NCBI GenBank assembly: GCA_900088475.1
Contig: FLMG01001010.1
Coordinates: 1-64,000 of the forward strand
Length of the DNA: 64,000 bases
Source: Hyphochytrium catenoides
Taxonomy: Eukaryota; Protista; Hyphochytriomycota
Direction: 5' to 3'
Both the position numbers and the translations under genes were made by a program. The notes under the pieces were generated by a model. That model saw nothing but the letters and a program-made list of their open reading frames with translations. It made no database searches and was not told the origin of the DNA. Of the stretch, positions 1 through 16,494 are shown piece after piece. Within the stretch, counting starts at the first letter, position 1. Each line of letters begins with the position of its first letter.

Positions 1-154
1 CGACGAGCTTGTTCAATGTGCGAAGGAGCTCTTTCCGACGCTGAATAGTGTTGGCGTCGCCGACGACCCATGCGTCTTTACATTCTTGCACTAGCCGAGG
101 GATATCGGCGACGGGAGTGAATAAAAGGTCGACGTTGTTCTTTGGACCATTCAT
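1..154 (-). CDS. 5' end of an aldehyde dehydrogenase (ALDH3/fatty-aldehyde dehydrogenase-like); gene continues beyond the window
   Basis: ATG at 154 (minus) reads MNGPKNNVDLLFTPVADIPRLVQECKDAWVVGDANTIQRRKELLRTLNKLV, open to the window edge. This resembles the family-3 ALDH N-terminal pattern TP..I..lV...r..f..G.t.....Rk..L..L. Not in the ORF track because it is truncated. Confidence 0.6.
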   Translation of the reverse strand, partial: MNGPKNNVDLLFTPVADIPRLVQECKDAWVVGDANTIQRRKELLRTLNKLV

Positions 155-629
155 GCTTGGCTCTTATCATCCAAGGCGCGGGTGGAAGAAGTGCCGTTGC
201 TTGCCAATGCGTCTTCTAAGCACTGGGTGTTAAGGGGAAGTAGCTTTTGATGGGTAGAAGGTGAATATGCGAATGCGTGAATACTAGGAAGAGCGCTTTC
301 TGGTCAGTCTCCATCCACACAAGAAAGTTATAAGGTAGCTCGCTCCACAGTTCTACTAGCAAACTCCTCTGCTTGTCCTCGCTCATAGGAGAGAATGAGC
401 TAGTCGGAGACGTATTGACAGAGACCGTTAGTTCAGCTGGTGTAAGCTCCTCTTGATGAGAACCAAAGCCGTCAACAGAGGGAAGAAGGAAGAGGGGAGA
501 GAGAAGAGTTCATCAAGTCGAAGTCTCCATTAGTTGAGGAGGAGATGATGGTGCCCTCAGAAACAAAGCTTAGGACATGCTTTACGCCTGTTCTAGAACT
601 ACTTGTACAGCTGGCTTCTGCATAGAACT

Positions 630-785
630 ACTCTCTCTCTCTCTCTCTCTCTCTCGTTCTCTCCCGTCCTCCCTCTCTCTCTCCTGTCCTTCTCTCTCTC
701 TCCTGTCCTCTCTTCTCCCTTTCGTCTCTCTTCCTTATCTCTCTCTGTCTCTCTGTGTCCTTCTCTCTCTCTCTCTCTCTCTGTG

Positions 786-823
<38 letters not shown>
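630..823. repeat. (CT)n-rich microsatellite/low-complexity tract
   Basis: Long imperfect CT dinucleotide run; the overlapping L/S-rich ORFs are artefacts of it. Confidence 0.95.
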
Positions 824-825
<2 letters not shown>

Positions 826-1481
826 TTCTGTACTGTTAATTTTTCTTCAACTGCATGACCCACCCTCCACCACGTTTGACCACGTCTGAGCAACGCGTCC
901 TCATAATAATACTCTCCTCCCTCTCTAGCCTACTACCCCCATACCCTGTCAGTAGTAATATAGTAGTTGATGGCCCGCAAAGAGCATCCGTCCAGTGCGC
1001 TCGTACTCGTACAACCTCCGCTTGAGATCAGTGAAACTTACATGAATTTTTAATTGGAAGGTTTCCCACGACCCGAAACAAATAGTCACGTTTATGAAGT
1101 ACAATGATAATGTACAATGATGTACCAGAAAGGAACTTTCCCAGCAAAATGTGGGGAAGGTTTCAAGAACTTTCGACCTCACCTGAAAAACAAGAAGAGG
1201 ATGACGTGGTGAGCAAGATGATTTGGGAGATCACGCCTAGATTCGGACGTAGAAGGTATGCCCTTCTTGAATTACGGCTCTTCCTGTTGATGACAAGCTC
1301 ATCTGAAGCTAAATGTGGTACATCTGTCTCTTATAATCGGCACGGGCCCTAAAATACAAGTACTGAAGGGACTTCACATCTTCACACCTCCCACCCTCCT
1401 CACGTCGGTCATCAGGGAAGGGTGATGATTGATGGTAAACCGTCTTTCACAGATGATGTTCCTTCTGATCTTCTGTTGCAC

Positions 1482-2078
1482 TCATTCATCTCCTCGCTTC
1501 ACCTCTCCCTCTCCTCTCTTCTCTCTCTTCCTCCTTTTCCGTCTCTCTTGCTTGCTTATATCGCTGGTGAGCTTCCCAATAGCATAGCAATAGCAGGAGA
1601 GGGCCTTCTTTCGCACTTTGTACTGAATCATCAACCACCTGTTATGTATCATTAACACCAGGAGGACCAAAGCTGTCTATCCTCTGGTGCAGTCTTCAAC
1701 ATCACCCCTTTCTTCTGCCCAGGGGTGCAAACGTTCGATCCTTATGTCAGGCAGCGGACATTTCGCGTCAGGGTTGCTGTCAGTGCTGCCGGACCGGATG
1801 TCCGCTCTCTTGAAAAAGAAACGCTGGAGGTTTAACCCTGCTAACAGCTCTTGTATCTTTTCGTCTTCGACCATGTTCTTCGGTTTGCTCTAGTTCTCTC
1901 CATTTGCCCTTGCGCAGCACCATTCCGTACCTTCTACTCGTAGTATTTCCCTTTCTCCTCTTGTCTTCAATTGCTGTTCTTCTCTTAATGCTGCTCCTAT
2001 GTCTTCTATCCTTCTTTCTATGCGTTCTTCTGTCTCTTTCCTTACTGTTTGACTGAGCTGGTGATTTCTATGCGACAT
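1482..2078 (-). mobile_element. Possible decayed retroelement gag-like remnant
   Basis: E/R-rich coiled-coil-like frame broken by TAG at 1890 and 1677. It contains two eroded CX2CX4HX4C-like motifs at ~1728-1825: AFLFQESGHPVRQH and, after repairing two 1-nt indels, CAKCPLPGHKDRTF. Confidence 0.35.
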
Positions 2079-2297
2079 AATGCTGGATGGGAAACTCTTT
2101 CAACCCATTGACCTCTATGTGCCCAGCGTATAAGGTCGAATAACAGAACCACTATTAAGATACCAAAGGATCAGGGCTTAACGGCTTTGAGCAACAACAT
2201 TTGTGAGGGGTAGGTAAAGTTTAGTCTTTTTTAAGCTGAGCTGTTTCAGCTTGACGAACCAATTAACCAACAAAGCTTCGCTAATGTGATCCCCCTC

Positions 2298-8381
<6,084 letters not shown>

Positions 8382-8400
8382 GATGGGAAAATGTTCCGCG

Positions 8401-8676
8401 GCCGGACTAGAGCTTACTGCGACCTCCCATTCGGCTCCCTCCGACGTACATTGCGGCTTCCTAAGAGGGCCCGCTTTTAAGCAAGCCACTGGTGCTGAAC
8501 TGCCGACTTGAGACTGGACACCCACCTCAAATGTCGGGCTTTTGCTACTGAACCCTCAGCCGAATCGGACCTTATTGCAGTGCCAGACCCCTTCCCATGT
8601 ACATGGTGACTCCTTAAGGGGCCCGCTGTTGAAGCAAGCTATTGACGTCGAAATATGGACTTAAGACTGAACCTCC
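8401..8676. repeat. Diverged ~150-bp tandem duplication upstream of the ABCC gene
   Basis: 8461 ctaagagggcccgcttttaagcaagccactgg...gacttgagactgg aligns with 8613 cttaaggggcccgctgttgaagcaagctattga...gacttaagactga. Similarity extends left to gccggactagagcttactgc / gccgaatcggaccttattgc. Confidence 0.75.
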
Positions 8677-11111
8677 TTGGCGTCTTATAATTTTTGAAAC
8701 CTTCCGTTCCTGTTCTCAGGGATGGTGTAGTTTGATGGCACTAGTCCTATTGAGAGCATATGGAAACTTGCTAACGATAAAGGCGGATCATCATTGGCAA
8801 GGATAGCTGGCCGTGCCGCGCTCCGTAAGTCTAATACCATCGTTAGTTGGCTAATCTGAGAAGATGCATCAAAGACCTTAGTAGATCTACTGATCAGCGA
8901 GGCAACATTCCGTAGTTACTCAGGGTAAAACAGACACACACACACGGGCAGCTGAACAGGGATGTAGGACTAGTGGAGGCCTGTCATTATTCGTCCTGCT
9001 ATTCCATAAGGAGAGGACTGATCGATTCCCTTTGCCACAACGGCTCGGCTTCATTATGGACACATAGAGTGTTGGACCATTGACCGGATAGCTGACAAGA
9101 CGAAGAAGAGAATGCCGCGCCTGCTCCCCCTACCCCATTCCCCCTACACCTTTGCCTAGGAACATCAACCTCATCCTTCATTCGCTCATTTGCTTTCTGC
9201 ACGCTTGATAAACTCTCTCTGTTTCCTACCCTACACTCTGAGTTAACTAGACAGAAGTCTATGATCAAGACAAAGGTTCTACGTCCTCGTACATCTTGCT
9301 CATCATCAATCACCATGAAGTGCTTGGTAGGACTTGAGTGGCCACTTACTGCTAGTCTTCCCACAGCAGTGGTGATCCCCGATCTAGCCCCACTCACCTT
9401 CTGGCACTCTCCTTAGCACTCTCTTCTGTCTTCCCTTGAAAGACTGAGCAGTGCTGCTCGGGGGCGCCGCCACGAAGCCCAGCAGCCAAGGAGACGACGA
9501 AGATCTGTTGGTGTGTGCTTTCTCACAGCACTGAAGACATCAGAATAGCAAGCATTGACCATAAGTCCTAGGAATGTCATATTACTACAAAGTGTCTTGG
9601 ATACACCTACATACCTTTGTAAAGTATAGACACGAAACGCCATCCCGTTCACAGGGACAATTCCTACCCACAGCTGCTTGGACGGACGAAGCCAATAATC
9701 GCCATTGCCCTCCGAGGATTGTCGCCTGTGGCGGTGATCTATGTCTATGAACTTGGACAAGGAGAAGCTGTCAGGGACGGACATGGAAGCCTGTTGATCA
9801 TGGGGAAGATGGGAATTCTCTTGTTACCTGCGGCCCTGCCCCTTCCTTACCAGCTGTGGAGGCCTGTCGACTGCCATCTCACTTCTCACTTCCCTTCTTA
9901 TTAGCTCGTTCCTGCGGCTGCTGTGCTGGTGGCTGGTGACGCTCCTTCTCTAGGCCTCCTCATGCCTCTGCGTGAGAGGCTCCCTGTTTGCCGACAAAGC
10001 CGAATCTGTGAGATGGAGCAAGCTACTGCTACGAAGCAGGATGGTTTGTTTGGCTTTACGGCCTTGCAAGTCCAATATGAGAGTAGAGATTAGTGAGAGG
10101 AGCAGCCAGTCAACTTATGGCTGGAACAAAAGTTCAGGCGACTGTGAACGTTTGCTCGTTTTATGGTGATAGAGAGGTGAAGGAGAATTAGGAAGAAGGA
10201 GAAGGTTGCTGGGCGGACAATCACTTGATCGGAAGGGACTGGTTCTGGGAAAAGAGCTCCTCACATTGGTAAAGCAAAGGTGGTAGAAGCAAGAGCGATA
10301 CGTCACATGCGAGGACTGAGAAATAACGGAGAGAGCCAAGGAGAAGAAGTACGAGGGACGTGTAAAAGGCTGGCTGTTAGGTGGGACAAGATGGAGGGCA
10401 GTCCATGCCAATGATCTCCGATGAGCGATGTGATGGAGACTGTCTCTGAGAAGCGTTGACCCGCACCACTTCGCTATGTCAGGCGTTACCTGCTAAAGAC
10501 GGTTGGTGCAGAAGTGATAAGAATCAAGTGGTAAGGGAACGGAAACCTTCCATCTCCCAGACCTCTGGCTACAGCGAACTTTCTGCAAGGCCGACGCGAT
10601 TGTGGCTCAAGCAGCCTACGATTACACCGAACCGGCATTAGAGTCAGAGGCACGTTGCTTCTTCTTCTCAGGCATAATCAGACTCATATGAACCCCTTGA
10701 CCTCTCCTTCATTGAGCTTTTAGTCGATGTGTTCGTTTAGCAAATAATCTGGATTGGAACAGAGGAAATGAGTGAGCGTCATGTGTGTGGGCTTTCACTC
10801 TAGAGAAAGGGTGAAAGATCTATCCTACCTAGGGCCTCTATAGAGGACCTTACCGATACAAGCTTTACCATGGGCAAGGCTAGCTTTTAGGTTGAATGAC
10901 AAAAATATGATGGGGAACTAAGGCAATCCGCAATTTCAGAGTACTCCTCGTTTGCAGAGCAGCCAGGCTCGTTATTGGATGGGCCTTGTTTGCCTACCTC
11001 TTCAAAGAGGCTCTCTAAAAGGCCATTTCTGAAAAGTAAGACTCATACGTAGCGACTTCGAAGCGGCTGGCAGTAGCTCTCGTAACCCGTCCTTGACCTC
11101 CGGCAATAGAG

Positions 11112-13043
11112 ATGACTAGGACGCGATCCGCAGATCAGGAGGGCCATACTTGCCATGGAAATGTCAACATCGTGGCAGAAAAGTCCGACATAACAGAGAC
11201 CCATGGCACCGATAAAAAGTCTGAGTATATACAGACTGGTGTCGCTCTCGCGATGGCAAGTCAAGACAAACGTATATGGACGAAGAGGGCCACGATCATC
11301 TTCTGGATTGGACTAATGACACTTGCCTACGTCTACACTCTGGAGCCGTCAACTACGTACCTTTACCTGTACACAGCGACCTCTTCCTATGCGAATCACT
11401 CGCTTCTTTCAACAGTACAGACAGCATCAATGATCGTTATCTCTGTCGGAAAGCCCCCTCTTGCGAAGCTTGCGGATGTAGTTGGAAGAGCAGAAAGCTA
11501 TTGCGTGTGCGTGCTCTGCTATGCGATCGGATATCTTACCGTGGCAGCATCCAACAGCTTGGGTTCTTTCTGTGCAGGAATCCTCGTCTACTCGCTTGGA
11601 TACACAGGGCTCCAGGTGCTGAATCAAGTCATCATCGCTGACATCAGCAATCTCAGATGGAGAGGACTGGCCTCAAGCATTATCAGTATTTGGTTCTTCG
11701 TCAACGCCTTTGTCGCATCCAACATTGCGGCTGACGTCCTGAAGAACTGGGGTTGGCGCTGGGGTTACGGAATGTTTGCCATCATCGTCCCCGTGGCTGC
11801 CACGCCTATCATCTCGACCCTCTGGTGGGCCCAGCGCCAAGCAATCAAGCTACAGCGGGTCCACGATTTGGCTGCTGATGACAGCAACGATTTGAGCACA
11901 GTGGTATCGCGAGGGTTAAGTCCCCGCGCGAGTCACTTGACAGCTCCAACGCGGAAAACCACGAGTTCAATCCACCGGTTGGTCTCCCTGATGGACCAGT
12001 TGGATATCATCGGCTTAGCTCTACTCACTGCGGGTATCACCTTGGTACTTATTCCCCTTACCTTGGCACGCAGAGGAGTGTCTACGGATTGGGACTCGGC
12101 AAAGTTTATTGCGATGTTTGTCTTTGGAGGACTGTCGCTTATCCTCTTCGTATTGTGGGAGAAGTATTACGCGCACTATCCTGTCATGCCGTTTCGGTTC
12201 TTCCGCATTCGCAATGTCCCTTTGGCTTCGCTCATTGGGTTCTTCGACTTCATATCTTTCTTTTTAACTTCCACCTATCTTCACTCTTTCGTCAAGGTCA
12301 CGCGCGATATGAATGACAGGGACATCGGATATGTCATGTACGCTCAGCTGCTGGCACTGACCGGGTTCGGCATCCTGGCAGGAATGCTGATGGCATACAC
12401 CAGAGACTTCAAATGGACGCTACTGGGTGGTCTGATTGTACGCCTTGTGGCTGTAGGGCTAATGATCCCATTCCGAGGGCCCGGAACGTCAACCGTTGAG
12501 TTTGTCCTAATCCAAGTGCTGCAAGGCGCTGGTGGAGGCTTCGCGGCAATTACTCTTCAGGTTGCTGCCCAGGGAGCGGTAAAGCATCANNNNNNNNNNN
12601 NNNNNNNNNNNNNNNNNNNNNNNNNNNNNNNNNNNNNNNNNTGGGCTAACACGATGCCTGCTAATTTGGAGGAGCAGCTTGGTGGTCTTCTCAACACCAC
12701 TGAGATTGCCTCGATCTATAGTTCTATCGATGCAGTTATGAGCTATGATATCACGTCCCCTGTGCGGGTGGCAGTTATAGCTGCTTATGCCGATGTCATG
12801 CAGATACTGAACATCATGGCCACAGTCACGGCTGTGCCGCCGCTATTCTGCGCCTTGCTCTTGCAGAACTTCGTGCTAACCAATGCTCACAATAGCGTTG
12901 AAGACAAAGATCTTCGTGAGCAGACAGTACAAGATGCGCCTGAAGGTTATGTGATACATCCGCAGACATCTGAGTCGATGGACCTCAAATCCCCTATGGC
13001 AACGAGAAGTCAACCACGACGTGATGGGCAGAGTCTCGTATAG
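11112..13043 (+). CDS. Siderophore-iron transporter, MFS ARN/SIT (Sit1/Str1/MirB-like) family; intronless
   Basis: 643-codon hydrophobic ORF with family motifs HSLLSTV, KPPLAKLADVVGR, GYTGLQVLNQVIIADISNLRWRG, WRWGYGMFAII, LDIIG and QVLQGAGGG..QVAAQGAV.H. An N-gap at 12590-12641 lies inside the CDS. Confidence 0.9.
   Translation: MTRTRSADQEGHTCHGNVNIVAEKSDITETHGTDKKSEYIQTGVALAMASQDKRIWTKRATIIFWIGLMTLAYVYTLEPSTTYLYLYTATSSYANHSLLSTVQTASMIVISVGKPPLAKLADVVGRAESYCVCVLCYAIGYLTVAASNSLGSFCAGILVYSLGYTGLQVLNQVIIADISNLRWRGLASSIISIWFFVNAFVASNIAADVLKNWGWRWGYGMFAIIVPVAATPIISTLWWAQRQAIKLQRVHDLAADDSNDLSTVVSRGLSPRASHLTAPTRKTTSSIHRLVSLMDQLDIIGLALLTAGITLVLIPLTLARRGVSTDWDSAKFIAMFVFGGLSLILFVLWEKYYAHYPVMPFRFFRIRNVPLASLIGFFDFISFFLTSTYLHSFVKVTRDMNDRDIGYVMYAQLLALTGFGILAGMLMAYTRDFKWTLLGGLIVRLVAVGLMIPFRGPGTSTVEFVLIQVLQGAGGGFAAITLQVAAQGAVKHXXXXXXXXXXXXXXXXXXWANTMPANLEEQLGGLLNTTEIASIYSSIDAVMSYDITSPVRVAVIAAYADVMQILNIMATVTAVPPLFCALLLQNFVLTNAHNSVEDKDLREQTVQDAPEGYVIHPQTSESMDLKSPMATRSQPRRDGQSLV
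12590..12641. other. Assembly gap (N run) inside the siderophore transporter CDS
   Basis: 52 Ns. Family members carry a full transmembrane helix here, so the true gap may be longer. Confidence 0.95.
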
Positions 13044-13423
13044 TCGTAGAAGTAGTCTTCATCCTCACTCGTTGGTCATAATACCCGTCCACTAATAATG
13101 CAAGGACAAACAGCAGAAGTTTATGTGACTATGTTGGGCGAGCGCTTCGTCTGAGCGGACCAATTACCTCATCCTTAACCATATATAAATTTTCTCACTC
13201 TCAGCAGCTCTCTCTCCAGGCGAGCTGCTTTGAAGCCTGCGGCAGAGTGGCTTGACGTCTAGCAGAGTCAGCTCTGTAAGTACTAGCAGTGGGGATGCAG
13301 CCAATGTAACTTAAGGGACGCGGCAAGGTTTCGCATCTCCTGTCACTCCCAAACTACTTGAAGAGAGGAAAGAAGTAAGAAAAAAAATAATACCAAGTAG
13401 TGGCTTCCGCCGTCCATATAGCA

Positions 13424-13843
13424 CCCCACCATGGCGAAGACGATCTGCCTCCCGTTAGCTTGGACTGGCGTAACCTGCCCACCAGAGCAGTGGAGACGCT
13501 AACCAACATAACCTACTACTCATTCCGGCATCTGCTGGGAGGCAACTCCAAACTTAGAAATAAGCATCATGCTCCACCAAGACCATGGAGGCAGGTGTAC
13601 ATGATACATTATGCGGTGGCGTGGGCTAGCTATTAGCCGTCCATGCACGCTTGCTTTCAGCGGTATACATAATGACGGTTAAGAGGAAAAGGAAGAGCTT
13701 CATGATGATGATGCTGCTCTGCGGACTTCAAGGACTCACGCTCAGGTCATCTATTGGTGTCAGTCGAGCAGAAGAACTTTATCGTCCAGGATCCGTGCTG
13801 ATGGAGGTGTGCCGGACGTGGACAAAGCGAACCTTATCGCGCA
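13424..13843 (+). pseudogene. Decayed papain-family (C1A, cathepsin Z/X-like) cysteine protease fragment
   Basis: Collinear eroded motifs across shifting frames: PHHGEDDLPPVSLDWRN (cf. PHE..DLP.swDWRN), LRNKH (cf. RNQHIP), tatgcggtggcgtgggct (cf. YCGsCWA with indels), AQVIYWC (cf. QVlinC) and GVPD...SEPYRA (cf. GiPDETC..Y.A). Confidence 0.55.
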
Positions 13844-14191
13844 CGTTGGTGCGCATCATTTACTTATGTTGATTATTGTAAATAATCGAAACTGTATGGT
13901 AGTAGTTTGTTATGCATTATTGTGCGTGGTGTGGTGAGGTAGACGCGCCATCTTTCGAAGAGCTAGGACACTGATGAGACAGATGCAGTCCTGCAGACGG
14001 GCAGACGGAGACAAGGTCGACCTGCTGTCCTGAAGCTAAAGAGTCCAAAGAAGGAAGTCAGCGGACTCCGCTAGGAGAGCTCCGTTGTATGGAAGCGCAC
14101 AGAGCTCAGGCCCTGCTTCGTTGCTGAAGAGAGATTGCTCACTCGATCACTAGGGCAACGTTGTCTGGCTCTAAGCCTTTGTTTCGGCAGA

Positions 14192-16374
14192 ATGGCAACG
14201 ACAGGTCATAAAGCAGTCTGCTCTCGCCGACCTTTACTTCTCCCTTCTAATATCTTGGTCTTGCACTCCTTCATTATACCCTTCCTCCAGGTCCTAGTGG
14301 CAATCAGGCAAGAATCGCCGTGTTAACTTATAACGTTCTCGCTCAAGTCTATGTCCGGTCCTCATTCTTTCCTTATTGCCGAAAGGATATTTTGAGGTGG
14401 AAGAACAGAAGCGAGGCACTGGTAGGAAAGTTCGAGACAGCTCGCCCTCCAGCCATTCTCCCTAGTTCTAGCTTGTCGCTCCGTTCATCTCCGCCTCTGA
14501 CCCTCACTACTTGGCAGCAGACTCACCTCTCCCTTAGATAACCTCTCACCATCGTTTCGTTGTCTGATCTTCTATCGTCTTTCATGCTCTGGATAGCGCC
14601 AGCAGTTCCTTAGCTTCACCCACCCAAAGCCTACGGTTCTCTGCTTACAGGTACGGATGCTACCCATCATAAGATAGGAACCCACATAATATCTCATGTT
14701 GCTGTCTCTCTTGCTCTGTTACATATCTCACTTTCTTTTGAATGTAGGAGGTTGATCAGTACGAGGAGTTCTGGTCAGGCCTCCTTTCATCTTTGGGGTT
14801 TGAGAGGTATGCAAGCGTTATCAATCAGCCCTTTACGTGCAAAAAATCCAGGGTTCTCACTCTCACGCTCTCCAACCCCGGTCTGTCTCTCCGGGCTCGC
14901 AGCACGTACCAGCAAAAAGGAACAGGAAAGAAGGACGGTCTCGTCATTGCCTGGGATCCTGAGAAGGTGGAGTTGCATCAGACTAGCCCAGTGTTGTTGG
15001 ACGAGGTCGCAGATGACATAGCAGGTCTGTCTCTCTCATTACCAGCAGCGTTGGCCCTTGCCCTCTTGAAGTCTCAATAGGTTGCGTTATTGAGACGCTT
15101 GCTGTGCAACCGGCGGGGTTCCTGTTTACTTTCCTGTTCCCAGTGCTTTTACTCTGTTCTCGGCTTTTTCCTTTTAGCGCCAGGGCTTGCTCAAATTTCT
15201 CGCAACCTTCTGCCGCAGACTCCTCTCTCCTTGGTGTCACTCTTTCCTTAGCTACGTTTTCGTCTCACCTCGAACGGCCTACTTCACCGTCTCTGTCCTC
15301 CCGCTGACTCCACCCGGGCACCCCATCCGCTGTGCACCCTCTATCTTAGACAGTTCGAACAGGGAATGCCCAGGTAGCGGAGACATATAGAAGGGGCAAT
15401 GTAGCGCTCTTTTCCGTCTTTAGAACAAGAGACGGAGACGCTGGAGATGAGAGCAGAAAGTTCATTCTCGCCACGACTCATATCTTTTGGGATCCGCTCT
15501 TCGCACACGTGAAGCTAGCTCAGGTTCGCAGCCCATCCCACATCTTGAATAGGTTGTTTCCTCTTTTTGGCCCGCCACCTCGTTCTCACAGCCATGGTGC
15601 CGGGACCGGGGTCTATTACTCTCTAGACCTTGTCTGCTTCGTTCGATTATACGCATCCTAACCATTCCTCATTCTTGTGAGGATGATGTGCTCGCTATAT
15701 GCCTAACGTTGGACTATTGTCTGACTAAGAGTCTGCCTATTTGAATTGATGCTAGGCGGACTACATACTCAAGAAACTAACAGCATTCAAGGCAGATGTA
15801 GGCGCTCCTGTTCTCTTCTGCGGTGACCTTAACTCTCTTCCCGACAGCGAAGTGTATCGCCTCATCACTAAGGGGGAACATGCCCTTCTTCCGGAGACCT
15901 CTGCAAAGCGATTGACGTTCAGTAGTGCCTATGCGTCCGTTGGCTCATACCCTTCTGCTCAGAACCATGAAAGAGAGCCGGACTTCACGACATACGTGGG
16001 CCAAAAGGAAGCTGGCGTGCCTGGGTTTAAGGGCTGTTTAGATTACATATTTTACGAGCCAGATAGGTCAGTAACTTAGAGATCAAGGCTCGTCCTGGCT
16101 GTGTCTCTACACCCTGTTCCTTTCCATGTGTCTGTAATGATTCTTTTCTGGCTCCTCTTCCTCATATCTAATGACCGATGATAACACACTTTCCCTTCTA
16201 CCTCCAACCTCTCAATCTTTCCTCCTTTTCTTTTTTTATAGCTTTGAGGTAGTAGGTGTCTCTCCTCTTATATCTGAGGAAGAAGCACAGAGAGAAGGTG
16301 GACTCCCGAACTCCAGATTCCCTTCAGATCATCTGCCGCTCCTGGCGGAGCTAACCCTTCGAGGATCGAGCTAG
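14192..16374 (+). CDS. CCR4/nocturnin/angel/PDE12-like EEP-family phosphodiesterase/deadenylase, multi-exon
   Basis: Spliced motifs LTYNVLAQVYV..FFPYC...LRWKNR, VLCLQ|EVD, KKDG, ATTHIFWDP...VKLAQ, CGDLNS.P.S.VY, CLDYIFY and LPN..FPSDHLPL. Stop TAG ends at 16374. Confidence 0.9.
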
Positions 16375-16494
16375 CGCTAACCATCGACACAAGGGACACG
16401 AGAGATTAGGTGATCCTGAGGGGCCGGTCTCGAGACGACAAACAGGATAATGGGTTTGCGTCGGATAAGCGCCCTTGATACGGGGTAAAAAGGG

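Noticed and set aside
577-858. Leu/Ser-rich ORFs here, and L/S- or R/E-rich ORFs at 46977-47600, 52264-52815 and 57715-58080
   Set aside because: They are translations of CT/AG microsatellites.
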